Positions 7,835 to 16,655 of a stretch of 59,460 nt of DNA are shown piece by piece. The notes under the pieces were generated by a model. It worked only from the letters and a program-made list of their open reading frames with translations. It made no database searches and had not been told where the DNA came from. Numbering within the stretch: position 1 is the stretch's first letter; each line of letters begins with the position of its first letter. This DNA is from a virus (Duplodnaviria > Caudoviricetes). Location: positions 1 to 59,460 of the IMG/VR virus record IMGVR_UViG_3300043431_000434. One strand, given 5' to 3'. Both the position numbers and the translations under genes were made by a program.

Positions 7835-8796
7835 TGAGTACCGCCTTAGCAAAATTAACCGAAAATCTGGCAACATCATTTTCTTTGGATGCCGGAAATT
7901 CTAAAGAACTACTCGACACGCTCAAAGCAACTGCCTTCAAGATCAAGGAGGGCGTAGTCTCTGATGCGCAAATGACTGCGCTCATGATTGTGTCACAGCA
8001 ATACGGTTTAAATCCCTGGGTAAAAGAAATTTATGCTTATCCTGACAAGCAAAACGGTATTGTCCCGGTAGTGGGTGTGGATGGCTGGATCAGAATTATT
8101 AACCAGCATTCGCAATTTGATGGCATGGAATTTCACTATGCGGAAGAAATGAAAACCCCGCCTGGTGGCAAGCCTTGTCCGGTTTATATTGATTGTATTA
8201 TCTATCGCAAGGATCGGGTACGCCCCACCGTCGTACGTGAATACCTTGACGAAGTGTATAAGGAATCACAATACAAATCGCCCTGGCAAACCCACACCAA
8301 GCGATTTTTACGGCACAAAGCCCTTATTCAATGCGCCCGTATCGCGTTTGGTTTTGTCGGTATTTTCGATCAAGACGAAGCAGAGCGTATTGTCGAAGGT
8401 GAAAAAATCATTAACCCCTTACCCGAAGTCGCCAATATCATCACTGCGCAAATGCTGGTCGATAAAATTAAAAACATGACTGACGCTCAGCTTACCCCGG
8501 ATGCCCTACGTGAGCTGGATTTAAAAACCTACACAGACGAAGAAAAACGCATGATTCGTGGCGAAATTACCCTGCGCCGTCGGGCTTTAAAAGAGGCGGC
8601 AGTTGTCGCAACTCAACCCCCCGAACCAAGCCAGCCGGATGCTGAAGACAACAAATGGCAACAGTTGATTGATAATGCGACATCAACTGATGAGCTAATG
8701 TCGGCATACCACAGCATCCCCGAAGAGCTAAGACCGACCTATTTAGAAGCGGTAGAACTGAAAGAGGATTTATTGCGGTCGGTTGGTAAGCCATGA
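7834..8796 (+). CDS. bet: Phage recombination protein Bet (RecT/Redbeta family)
   Basis: QYGLNPWVKEIYAYPDK..GIVPVVGVDGW...SPWQTHTKRFLRHKALIQCARIAFGF.GIFDQDEAERI. Confidence 0.93.
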   Translation: MSTALAKLTENLATSFSLDAGNSKELLDTLKATAFKIKEGVVSDAQMTALMIVSQQYGLNPWVKEIYAYPDKQNGIVPVVGVDGWIRIINQHSQFDGMEFHYAEEMKTPPGGKPCPVYIDCIIYRKDRVRPTVVREYLDEVYKESQYKSPWQTHTKRFLRHKALIQCARIAFGFVGIFDQDEAERIVEGEKIINPLPEVANIITAQMLVDKIKNMTDAQLTPDALRELDLKTYTDEEKRMIRGEITLRRRALKEAAVVATQPPEPSQPDAEDNKWQQLIDNATSTDELMSAYHSIPEELRPTYLEAVELKEDLLRSVGKP

Positions 8797-8797
8797 A

Positions 8798-9178
8798 ATG
8801 AGTGAAGAAATAATAAAACCAAGAGGACATCATAACCCTTGTGCGCTCATTCAAGCTGAAAACGTGGCAATGATGGAACACATTATTAAGTTACAGCCTG
8901 TAATTGATGCTCAACTCAGGGAACTAAAACAACAAGCCGCAGAAATTAAGGTGTTGCGTGAACTGAATTTAGACCTTCAAGACCAGGTGCGATTATTAAA
9001 TGCTCATATTGCCTCTTTGGAATACGACTGGGATGTTATTAAAGAAACTATCACGACACTCACCCATGCCAGGGCATTTATTACTTCAAAATTAATTTCT
9101 ATGCACCCTGATGGCGTAGCCCTGTATGACGAAAATATAGAGACGTTAAAACTATTAATCAGAGAGGGCAGCGAATGA
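8798..9178 (+). CDS. Hypothetical coiled-coil protein
   Basis: Co-oriented ORF; start codon uncertain (8783 or 8798). Confidence 0.55.
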   Translation: MSEEIIKPRGHHNPCALIQAENVAMMEHIIKLQPVIDAQLRELKQQAAEIKVLRELNLDLQDQVRLLNAHIASLEYDWDVIKETITTLTHARAFITSKLISMHPDGVALYDENIETLKLLIREGSE

Positions 9179-9528
9179 GCGAAACAAGCCTTGATTATGT
9201 CGATGCGTTGAAGATAGCTGAATCAGTCATGGCCGGTATTGCCAATGATGAATTTATTGGCAAGTTTTATCGTAAGGGCATAGAGGGAACCCCGCTTGTA
9301 AATGATATTGCTGTGCGAATGGCATTGTCTATGCAAGATACGTTTAATCAACAAACCGCCGAGCTTGTGCAAATAAAGGCTGAACTTGAAGTGTTGCGTG
9401 GGTTTATTAACGATTTAGTAGATGACGAATCCCTATATGATTGTAGGATCGTGGCGTTGTTATATAAATGGAGACTTCATGACGCGGATGGTAAGACTTC
9501 GCTATTAACAGGGGTTCAAAATGACTAA
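9175..9528 (+). CDS. Hypothetical protein
   Basis: ATGA-coupled ORF. Confidence 0.6.
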   Translation: MSETSLDYVDALKIAESVMAGIANDEFIGKFYRKGIEGTPLVNDIAVRMALSMQDTFNQQTAELVQIKAELEVLRGFINDLVDDESLYDCRIVALLYKWRLHDADGKTSLLTGVQND

Positions 9529-9868
9529 CCCATTATTCACCTCATTCGGTAACAGCCCTTTTGATGATTGGGCCAATGAAATTCTAGGCGAGTCAGATTT
9601 TGTGACCTTTACCACCCCGTTTTATATCGACGGTTTAGCCAGGGTGGTGGGTGATCAGCTTGATATATTGGCGGTGCATTCCTTACAGCCCGCCCAGGGT
9701 AATCTTAGACGCTTCATTGACCAAGCCAAGGCCACCTATAAAACCATTGCGTTTTTTCTGGTCTGGAATGAAATATTAAACGAAATACTTATTCGATATG
9801 GATTTAAGGCCGAAACCAAGCTGGTCGATGGTAAACCAACAACCATTCTAGTGTATCGACATGACTAA
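9521..9868 (+). CDS. Putative minimal GNAT-fold protein
   Basis: LDILAVHS..PAQGNLRRFIDQAK...VWNEILNEILIRYGF resembles GNAT motifs A and B. Confidence 0.45.
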   Translation: MTNPLFTSFGNSPFDDWANEILGESDFVTFTTPFYIDGLARVVGDQLDILAVHSLQPAQGNLRRFIDQAKATYKTIAFFLVWNEILNEILIRYGFKAETKLVDGKPTTILVYRHD

Positions 9869-10115
9869 CGATTTAGAGGCCATGATCATCTGGTGCAACC
9901 AGTATGGCGAACTCAATTTATTTACCAGTGCCAACGGCAGTTATTCAGCCAGCAGTGACTTAAAGATTAACTCGGTAGGTTTGAGTATGAAAGCCCATAG
10001 CGGCTACAGCCATAAAACCCCTTATGAAGCGGTTTATGAGCTGAAGCGTCGGATTGAACACATCCTTGATGCGGTCAATAACGATTTACCCAAACTTAAA
10101 CAAGAAACGGCGTAG
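9861..10115 (+). CDS. Hypothetical protein
   Basis: Coupled ORF. Confidence 0.55.
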   Translation: MTNDLEAMIIWCNQYGELNLFTSANGSYSASSDLKINSVGLSMKAHSGYSHKTPYEAVYELKRRIEHILDAVNNDLPKLKQETA

Positions 10116-10135
10116 CAACTAAAACGTTAAGAAGG

Positions 10136-10369
10136 TTGAAAATGAGTACCGTTGACTTTGTAACGATAAAAAAATTATCCGAATTAACGGGTATTACCTT
10201 AACTACCATCAAAAAAAATATAACTAATAAAATTTGGCTGGAAGGTGTCCATTATTTTATTCATGACAAAACCCTGTATTTTTCAATCGAAACATATAAT
10301 TCTTGGGCAAGACTTATGATTGAAAAAAGTAGCCAAAAAAAATTAAAAAGCCCGCCTCCTTTAGTTTAA
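10136..10369 (+). CDS. Excisionase-like winged-helix protein
   Basis: VTIKKLSELTG.T..TIKK.I....WLEGVHY......YFSIE.YNSW pattern. Confidence 0.7.
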   Translation: MKMSTVDFVTIKKLSELTGITLTTIKKNITNKIWLEGVHYFIHDKTLYFSIETYNSWARLMIEKSSQKKLKSPPPLV

Positions 10370-10387
10370 AGCATTGGTAAAAGCATT

Positions 10388-10630
10388 ATGCCTGGATTAA
10401 TTTTTTATGACGAAATCAAGCAAGCTTTGTTTCCCAATTTGGATGAAGAAAAGCGTAAAAACATTCGTTTGTCTCGTGTCGAAAAAGCGTTAGCTAAACG
10501 AGGTTTGCCGTTCGAGTATGGCGAAAATGGCGTATTTGCCATGCAGGACTCTTGGGTAAGAAAAATAGCTGGCTCGGAAGAAAGCAACATAATTGATGAG
10601 CCAATACGTTTTGTAAGGAAAGCAAAATGA
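10388..10630 (+). CDS. Second small integrase-coupled protein (DUF4224-like RDF candidate)
   Basis: SRVEKALAKRGLPFEYGENG; ATGA overlap with the integrase. Confidence 0.5.
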   Translation: MPGLIFYDEIKQALFPNLDEEKRKNIRLSRVEKALAKRGLPFEYGENGVFAMQDSWVRKIAGSEESNIIDEPIRFVRKAK

Positions 10631-11775
10631 CCCCCCCACCTGGCGGCAGGAAACGCCATGCTAATAACTATCCATCACACATCAAGCCGGAATTGATCCC
10701 GGAAAATGTTTCCTATAAAGCCAAGGAAGGTTATTGGCGGATTGCGTATTATGACGATGACGGCAAACGTCGGTTTAAGCGTTTATGCGGTAAAGCCGCG
10801 ACCCTAAGCCAAATTCACCAGGCCGTCGAAGCCTTAAAAATACATACCGTTGTTTGCTTTAAATCGTTATCAATTGAATTCCAAAAATCTCACGACTGGC
10901 AGGAATTAGGTCGCCATACCAAGCGCGACTATCTGGCTTGTCATAAAATGATTTGCGAAGCTGGCGATGGCAAGGTGTTATTTGGCGATATTCCCTATAC
11001 AAAATGGAAGAAGTCAACAGTCTTAAACTATCGCAATTTCCGTGGCGAAGAATCGAAATCAAGAGCTAACAAAGAGCTGTCGTATATTAAACGGGTTTTA
11101 TCGTGGGCAAAGCTGTATGAATTTATCAAAGATAATATTGCCGATGGCGTACCTAAATTAACAGTGCCGCCACGCCAGCATTATGCTGAAGACACTGATT
11201 TTAATTTTTTGATTCAGGTCGCCCGCGAGTCAAATTATTGGTACATGCCGTATGTATTGGAATTAGGCTACGAATGTCGAATGCGTTCAATTGAAATATT
11301 AGAAATGACCGATGCTAATGAAACGGCAGAAGGGTTATTAATTAATCGGCATAAAGGCTCAAAAAACAATATAACGTTATGGAATGATAATCTGCGCAAA
11401 ACCTGGGATGAAGCCAAAGCTAAACGCAATGCAATATGGGCAATGCGTAAACAGCCAATTCCATTTGAACCGGAAAACAGGTTTATTTTCATTAGTGAAC
11501 GCACCGGCAACCCTATTAATGAACAAGGTTTACAAACTGCAAAAACCCGGATTAGCAATTTAGCTAAAAAGAAGGCGGAACAGTTAGGAATAAGGTATAT
11601 CAATTTCACCATTCATGACACCAAGCGCAAAGGGGTGTCGGATACTGAGGGTGATAAATTAGCCGCATCAGGACATAGATCATTACAAATGCTGAATGTC
11701 TATGACGTTTCCAGGCCAAAGGTAGAATCAACACGCGGCAGCAAAAAAGCAAAAAAGGATTGCGATGAAAAATGA
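10627..11775 (+). CDS. int: Tyrosine recombinase (phage integrase)
   Basis: Catalytic pattern R (CRMRSIE), K (HKGSK), H-x-x-x-R (HDTKRK), GH (ASGH), Y (NVYD); adjacent tRNA-derived attP. Confidence 0.92.
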   Translation: MTPPPGGRKRHANNYPSHIKPELIPENVSYKAKEGYWRIAYYDDDGKRRFKRLCGKAATLSQIHQAVEALKIHTVVCFKSLSIEFQKSHDWQELGRHTKRDYLACHKMICEAGDGKVLFGDIPYTKWKKSTVLNYRNFRGEESKSRANKELSYIKRVLSWAKLYEFIKDNIADGVPKLTVPPRQHYAEDTDFNFLIQVARESNYWYMPYVLELGYECRMRSIEILEMTDANETAEGLLINRHKGSKNNITLWNDNLRKTWDEAKAKRNAIWAMRKQPIPFEPENRFIFISERTGNPINEQGLQTAKTRISNLAKKKAEQLGIRYINFTIHDTKRKGVSDTEGDKLAASGHRSLQMLNVYDVSRPKVESTRGSKKAKKDCDEK

Positions 11776-11824
11776 TCTATCGAATCACTATTTTCAATCC
11801 AAAATGCCGCTTATTCCAATTACC

Positions 11825-12056
11825 AGTTGTGCCTTAAGTTGTGCCTTAACGCTATGTTTGCTTGATAGTGTTTTTAATAACTTATTGTTTTATAATGATT
11901 TTTTTGGTGGTGATGGGTGGAATTGAACCACCGACCTGAGGGTTATGAATCCTCCGCACATTTCTTTTTAAAACAATATGATAAGTGTTTTTTTTGTGCC
12001 TTACTTTGACAAGAAAACCGTTATAAATCAAAGGGGCTATTTTGAATTGTGCCTTA
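11825..12056. repeat. Four TTGTGCCTTA direct repeats flanking attP (integrase arm-type sites)
   Basis: Copies at 11827, 11839 (tandem 12-mers), 11994 and 12047. Confidence 0.75.
11905..11957 (-). other. attP core: 3' 53 nt of a CAT-anticodon tRNA (likely elongator Met)
   Basis: Reverse complement GCGGAGGATTCATAACCCTCAGGTCGGTGGTTCAATTCCACCCATCACCACCA has an anticodon arm, T-arm and CCA, but no 5' acceptor strand or D-arm. Confidence 0.9.
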
Positions 12057-12287
12057 ATTCTAACACCTATGATTTTCCACTTTTTATAGCAAAAATGGCG
12101 TTAAAATTTACGGGATTGAACCACTACCCCACACTTTCCCCACACTTTTTTTGTTCAAATTGGCCTACACCTAAAGCTTGTTTTTTCTTGGTTTGGTACA
12201 CTACAATTTTCAAAGTGAAATAAATAAAAAAAACTACTGAGTAAATTTTAGTCCACACTATTTTTAATCCATAACAAGGAAATTAAA

Positions 12288-12617
12288 ATGGATAACTTCG
12301 GCTATTTTGAATTAAAAGACGCGCCACTCATTGCTGATCAGATTAACCAGGCGGGTAATGTCGTATTTAATTATTCCCTCGATAATGGCACCGCTTTTGT
12401 TATTTCACTATTCACCAACTATAAAACTCTTAATCACCTTTCGCATGGCAATCCTTTTGGCCGGTTATTTGTTGGGATAATGTTTTGTGGTTATTTTCAT
12501 TTTGATCCTAAATTAACCCAATACCCGGATTATGTCGGCGATAAATTAGGCTTGCGTGAACCGGATGCGATTTTGGTAGCTGAATTACTTAATGCCATTT
12601 TTCCGTTAATTAAATAA
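12288..12617 (+). CDS. Hypothetical accessory protein
   Basis: AAGGA RBS; first gene after attP. Confidence 0.65.
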   Translation: MDNFGYFELKDAPLIADQINQAGNVVFNYSLDNGTAFVISLFTNYKTLNHLSHGNPFGRLFVGIMFCGYFHFDPKLTQYPDYVGDKLGLREPDAILVAELLNAIFPLIK

Positions 12618-12618
12618 T

Positions 12619-12990
12619 ATGGACTTTAAAAAAATCGAGTTTTATAAATTAAATGGTCATGCTGTTGAACCCGTCGATGATTTAATTGAATGGGGTAATA
12701 TCATGAAGCAAACAAACCGCCATGTTGCAGAAACCTTTATTGAGGGCAACCGGATCAGCACGATATTTTTAGGGATTGACCATAATTATTCTGGCTATGG
12801 CCCGCCGATATTATTTGAAACCATGGTATTTATTGAAGGCGAAGGCGAATGGCAAGAGCGATGTTCAACCTGGGACGAGGCCGAAAAAATGCACGAGGCC
12901 ATGTGCCAGAAAGTTAGGAATCATTTAATTGCCGCCGGGATGGTAGCCAACCAAATAATTGACTCTTTTTTCAAAATTAACCACCAATAA
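12619..12990 (+). CDS. Conserved phage hypothetical protein
   Basis: ISTIFLGIDHN...PPILFETMVF...RCSTWDEA...H motif recurrent in phages. Confidence 0.7.
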   Translation: MDFKKIEFYKLNGHAVEPVDDLIEWGNIMKQTNRHVAETFIEGNRISTIFLGIDHNYSGYGPPILFETMVFIEGEGEWQERCSTWDEAEKMHEAMCQKVRNHLIAAGMVANQIIDSFFKINHQ

Positions 12991-13007
12991 TTAAAGGATA
13001 GGACGCT

Positions 13008-13361
13008 ATGTTTTATTACCAAACCTCACCACTAGATTATTTTCCCGGCATGATTTCACTAGATGAGATTATTAACTCAACCAAACCAAGCAATGAAGAT
13101 GAGATTATGGATGAGCTTGATAAATTTGAGCTAGTCAAACTTGCTATGAATTGTGCGTATGACATTGGCAAAGCGAAAGGTTCATATTGGGAAGGCGACA
13201 TAAGGAGCAACCATATTTTTTTATTTAGCCTGCCAGACCCAGACAATAATAATGCTCGATATGGGTTAATCTGGAAGCAAGACAATAATGGCACCACTTT
13301 CATCTGCTCCCCGGTTAAATTAGATTGGATAGATGATGATTGTTTGTTGCCCAAGCCATGA
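13008..13361 (+). CDS. Hypothetical protein (WEGD...WKQDNNGTTF motif)
   Basis: ORF with RBS and a distinctive motif. Confidence 0.65.
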   Translation: MFYYQTSPLDYFPGMISLDEIINSTKPSNEDEIMDELDKFELVKLAMNCAYDIGKAKGSYWEGDIRSNHIFLFSLPDPDNNNARYGLIWKQDNNGTTFICSPVKLDWIDDDCLLPKP

Positions 13362-13558
13362 AAACCTTCTACGCCACCCTTTCAGATAATCATAACTTCA
13401 ACGGCAAACCCGGTGGAGGTTATGTTGAAATCAAAGCTGAAAACATCATGGAAGCCCGCGAAAAAATCCACCAGGCCACCGATGGACGTTGGGCGTTTAT
13501 GTACGACGCACTTGAAAAAGTGCATCCTTTAGACCGAATAAAATTAGGGGATTTATGA
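13358..13558 (+). CDS. Hypothetical protein
   Basis: ATGA-coupled (MKTFYATLS...). Confidence 0.6.
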   Translation: MKTFYATLSDNHNFNGKPGGGYVEIKAENIMEAREKIHQATDGRWAFMYDALEKVHPLDRIKLGDL

Positions 13559-14178
13559 CTGAAAATGCTACCTACAATCGGGCGAAACACCTGTTCAGCA
13601 ATGACGAATTCAAAGCTGAATTTGCAAAATGCCTAGATAACTTTATTCCTAAACAGGGCGAGAAAGCTCAACTGGTTCCTATGCTGGTGTCTGTGTGCAA
13701 TTCGTATGATGATAATGTAGGCCATTATCACTATGATGTGCATTTAATTGATCACCCTGATTTCGATATCTATGATACCCGTGCCACCCTTCTAAAAAAC
13801 ATCGGTCGCAACCTGGCGGAACAAAACAAACACCTGTGCGCAGTGTTCTTATTATCAGAAGCTTGGTTATCTTGCCAAAAAATTCAGCCTGATAAGCTGC
13901 CAAAATACGCCACCGCAGGCGAAGACCCCGACAAACAAGAAGTTTTTGTTTTGATGGGGCAAACCCTTGATGGGCGCAACGCCTTCGTTTATTCAGCCTT
14001 TACCACAGGCGCGGATGGAATGATCGCCACTTTAGAAACTAACGACATTAATGCTGACCTTGACGACATAGACGATAACAAAATGATTGAAAGATTTGAT
14101 CGTTTTCCCGCAATTTCTGGCTTAATCAAAGAATACTTAATCGTCATGCACGCTCGTATTATGGCAAGATACCAATGA
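13555..14178 (+). CDS. Hypothetical protein
   Basis: ATGA-coupled; LLSEAW...DKQEV motif. Confidence 0.65.
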   Translation: MTENATYNRAKHLFSNDEFKAEFAKCLDNFIPKQGEKAQLVPMLVSVCNSYDDNVGHYHYDVHLIDHPDFDIYDTRATLLKNIGRNLAEQNKHLCAVFLLSEAWLSCQKIQPDKLPKYATAGEDPDKQEVFVLMGQTLDGRNAFVYSAFTTGADGMIATLETNDINADLDDIDDNKMIERFDRFPAISGLIKEYLIVMHARIMARYQ

Positions 14179-14456
14179 CTGACGTTAAAATAATCGGTGA
14201 GGCCAACCACCTCCTAAGCATTGACGAAATATTTGTGTTTGTCACTAAAGACGCAACCGGCAATGAAGGTGTCGCCGCGTTTAACGGCCCAAACAATATG
14301 GTGTTCCCGATGGTTTGCGCCGATAAAGCGCGGGTTGATTCGCTGCGGCCAATTGCTGTGCAAATCGCTGAACATACCGGTTGTGAAATTAAGCTGATCC
14401 GCTTTTCAAACCGGGAAGAACTAGAAACGATAACCCCAGAGGCGACCAAACAATGA
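14175..14456 (+). CDS. Hypothetical phage protein
   Basis: ATGA-coupled ORF. Confidence 0.65.
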   Translation: MTDVKIIGEANHLLSIDEIFVFVTKDATGNEGVAAFNGPNNMVFPMVCADKARVDSLRPIAVQIAEHTGCEIKLIRFSNREELETITPEATKQ

Positions 14457-14803
14457 AATTTGACGGACTAACACTGACGTATTGGCTTGTTCATCTGTTT
14501 TGGTTGGCTTGTTTTTCCCTATTTTGCCTGGGTTGTTGGGTAGTAATTAACATTGACTTTACCTGGCCTGTTTTTGGTGTTTTGGTTATTCTCATATACA
14601 GCATGGCTTATGGTACTGAGTCAATTCAATACTTTCGCCGGTTTTATCAGGACACCAGAACGATACAAGCCATGAATGAAGCACTGGAAAGAGAGGATAT
14701 TCAAGCTTATTTAAAGATTGCCCTTGCTAATAAGCACTTAAAATGCGTGAAAGAATCAGCGCGATTTATTGAATTTTTGTTAAAACATAATAGGCATGAA
14801 TGA
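14453..14803 (+). CDS. Hypothetical 2-TM membrane protein
   Basis: Two hydrophobic segments in the N-terminal half. Confidence 0.6.
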   Translation: MKFDGLTLTYWLVHLFWLACFSLFCLGCWVVINIDFTWPVFGVLVILIYSMAYGTESIQYFRRFYQDTRTIQAMNEALEREDIQAYLKIALANKHLKCVKESARFIEFLLKHNRHE

Positions 14804-15113
14804 CTTGGGGAAAGGTATGAATACAAGGTTAAGATGGATGACGGTGGAAAACCCACAAGGGTTTAAGAAACAGCCTGAATGGAAAAGGTCTGCCGCAATT
14901 GATGAGAATGGCGTTGTATTTGCTCCGGCCATTATTTGTGGCAATGAACAGGCTGTTTTTTTGTGCGCCGGATTTGATGGGGAAAGATGCGTATTAATGG
15001 ATGGGCACCCTTATTTTAGGACGGCGTGGCTTAAGCGCGAATACCCTGATACTGCTGACATTATGAATAAAATTGAAAATAAATTAAAGGAAGCGCAACT
15101 AAAGGATGCCTAA
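14796..15113 (+). CDS. Hypothetical protein
   Basis: Last ORF of the accessory operon. Confidence 0.6.
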   Translation: MNDLGKGMNTRLRWMTVENPQGFKKQPEWKRSAAIDENGVVFAPAIICGNEQAVFLCAGFDGERCVLMDGHPYFRTAWLKREYPDTADIMNKIENKLKEAQLKDA

Positions 15114-15161
15114 CGCACTATATCCAACAAATTGCCTGATAACCCCAAAATAACCCGTATT

Positions 15162-15743
15162 TTATCCCGCCCAAAACTTTATCGCCGCCAAAACTGCCAC
15201 CCCAGTTCCAAATAGCCACGCACTTTTAGGGATCGGTGTTTGCTTCATCCCCCCATCAAAACTGGCAAACGATGGGCCACCATACACGCTGAGTTGTGGA
15301 TGCTGAGGATCATTGTGCCATTGCGCCGGTTTACCGATCAGGCTTTGCCTGACCACACTATTTCCACCGTTATCATCTGAATCCTGTTGTGCGGTGGGCT
15401 TGCTGGCTGGTTGGCAGGGCTTATCTTTGGCCGCTTGCTCAGCACGTTCGGCATCACGCTTGGCTTTTTCCGCTTCCGCTATTTTTTCATCCAATTCACG
15501 GGCTTTGGTTTGGGCTTTAACCTGGTCTTCAATGAACTTTTGTTTGTCTTCAGGTAATTTATTGATGGCCTTGCGCAAATCCTCATTAGAATCGAATAAG
15601 TTTTTATTTTGCCGCTCGATTGACTCTAAGGCTTGTTTATTGATTTCGCACGGGGCAGATGGGGGTGGCTTATTCATTTGCACCGCCGCAGCCACCAATG
15701 CCCCGCCTAACAATGCGCTAGATACCGAATTTAACTGATTCAT
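15162..15743 (-). CDS. Membrane-anchored coiled-coil protein (hydrophobic N- and C-termini)
   Basis: Hydrophobic ends with a central coiled coil; at the distal end of the lysis region. Confidence 0.55.
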   Translation of the reverse strand: MNQLNSVSSALLGGALVAAAVQMNKPPPSAPCEINKQALESIERQNKNLFDSNEDLRKAINKLPEDKQKFIEDQVKAQTKARELDEKIAEAEKAKRDAERAEQAAKDKPCQPASKPTAQQDSDDNGGNSVVRQSLIGKPAQWHNDPQHPQLSVYGGPSFASFDGGMKQTPIPKSAWLFGTGVAVLAAIKFWAG

Positions 15744-15856
15744 ATTCTTTCACCCAAACTTAGGTTAAAATAATTAAGTGGCTAGGCTGATCCCCGAAAC
15801 AACCGTCCATCCCGGTTTTGCCACATCCTGCTTTGGATGGATTTATAGGATGGAAA

Positions 15857-16192
15857 ATGTCTGCTCATATTAATTTCAATACCTTGGCTGCTTTTGAAGC
15901 CATCCAATCAACTGGGCTAACCGAAGCCCAAGCCAAGCGAATCGTCCAAACTATTATTGATTCACAAGCTGAACTGGCAACCAAACAGGATTTGGACTCA
16001 GCCACATCTTTGCTTAAACGTGAAATTGCCGAAACTAAAACTGAGCTTATGCGTGAAATTGCCGAAACTAAAACTGAGCTTAAGCAGGACATCAATAATA
16101 TAAACTGGCAAATTAAAGGCATTATCGCTATGCAAGCCCTCACGTTAACTGGCTTAGGGTTTTTATTTGCGCATCTAGTCGGTGCCAAATAA
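15857..16192 (+). CDS. DUF1640/CCDC90-like coiled-coil protein with C-terminal TM (moron)
   Basis: FNTLAAFE..QSTGLTEAQAKRIV...LATKQDL...TKTELKQDI; transcribed opposite to the lysis genes. Confidence 0.8.
   Translation: MSAHINFNTLAAFEAIQSTGLTEAQAKRIVQTIIDSQAELATKQDLDSATSLLKREIAETKTELMREIAETKTELKQDINNINWQIKGIIAMQALTLTGLGFLFAHLVGAK
16019..16084 (+). repeat. 33-bp tandem duplication (11-aa hendecad REIAETKTELM/K)
   Basis: Two near-identical units, 16019-16051 and 16052-16084. Confidence 0.9.
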
Positions 16193-16220
16193 GCGAACAA
16201 GACGCAGCCAATCACTCAAT

Positions 16221-16439
16221 TTAAGGCTCATCAGGCTCATTTGCCGCCGGGTTAGGGTTAACCTGGCCTGGTGTTGGATTGTTAATGGTGGTCGAAACCG
16301 GCATCAAGCCACCCACCAAGGGAATCAATACCATATCAATCGTTTGCAAAATGCTGATGTATTCAGGCTTATCCAACAAAATAACTAAAATGTTAATGGT
16401 GAATATGCCGAATGCGACTATAAAGCTAGTCTGACCCAT
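16221..16439 (-). CDS. Small 2-TM membrane protein (holin candidate)
   Basis: GGAG RBS and ATG at 16439; two hydrophobic helices. Confidence 0.5.
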   Translation of the reverse strand: MGQTSFIVAFGIFTINILVILLDKPEYISILQTIDMVLIPLVGGLMPVSTTINNPTPGQVNPNPAANEPDEP

Positions 16440-16529
16440 AATAATCTCCAAAAAAGGCCGTTGTTTTAGGGAAGGGGATAAGGCAACCCAGGGCGCAACG
16501 GCTAAAGCCCGGATCAAAATGCCGGTAAC

Positions 16530-16631
16530 TTACTCGTCGGCTTCTGGCTCACCGTCGTTACCTTCATTTTGGTTGTCATTGTCATCTGGCTCAACTTCAG
16601 ATGCTTGGGTAGTTTCGTCATTCTCAGTCAT
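16530..16631 (-). CDS. 33-aa hyper-acidic peptide (not in ORF track)
   Basis: GGAG RBS; MTENDETTQASEVEPDDNDNQNEGNDGEPEADE. Confidence 0.5.
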   Translation of the reverse strand: MTENDETTQASEVEPDDNDNQNEGNDGEPEADE

Positions 16632-16655
16632 GATTTTCTCCAAATTAATTAAAAA

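Noticed and set aside
11905-11980. Complete tRNA-Met gene
   Set aside because: The 5' acceptor strand and D-arm are absent; the sequence turns AT-rich beyond 11957. It is an attP fragment.
11780-12290. CRISPR-like mini-array in the repeats around attP
   Set aside because: The repeats are 10-12 bp with irregular spacing, and there are no cas genes. They fit integrase arm sites.
15787-15800. Hammerhead ribozyme (CTGAT...GAAAC)
   Set aside because: It lacks the GA after CUGAN, stem II and a properly placed cleavage triplet. Kept only as a structured leader.
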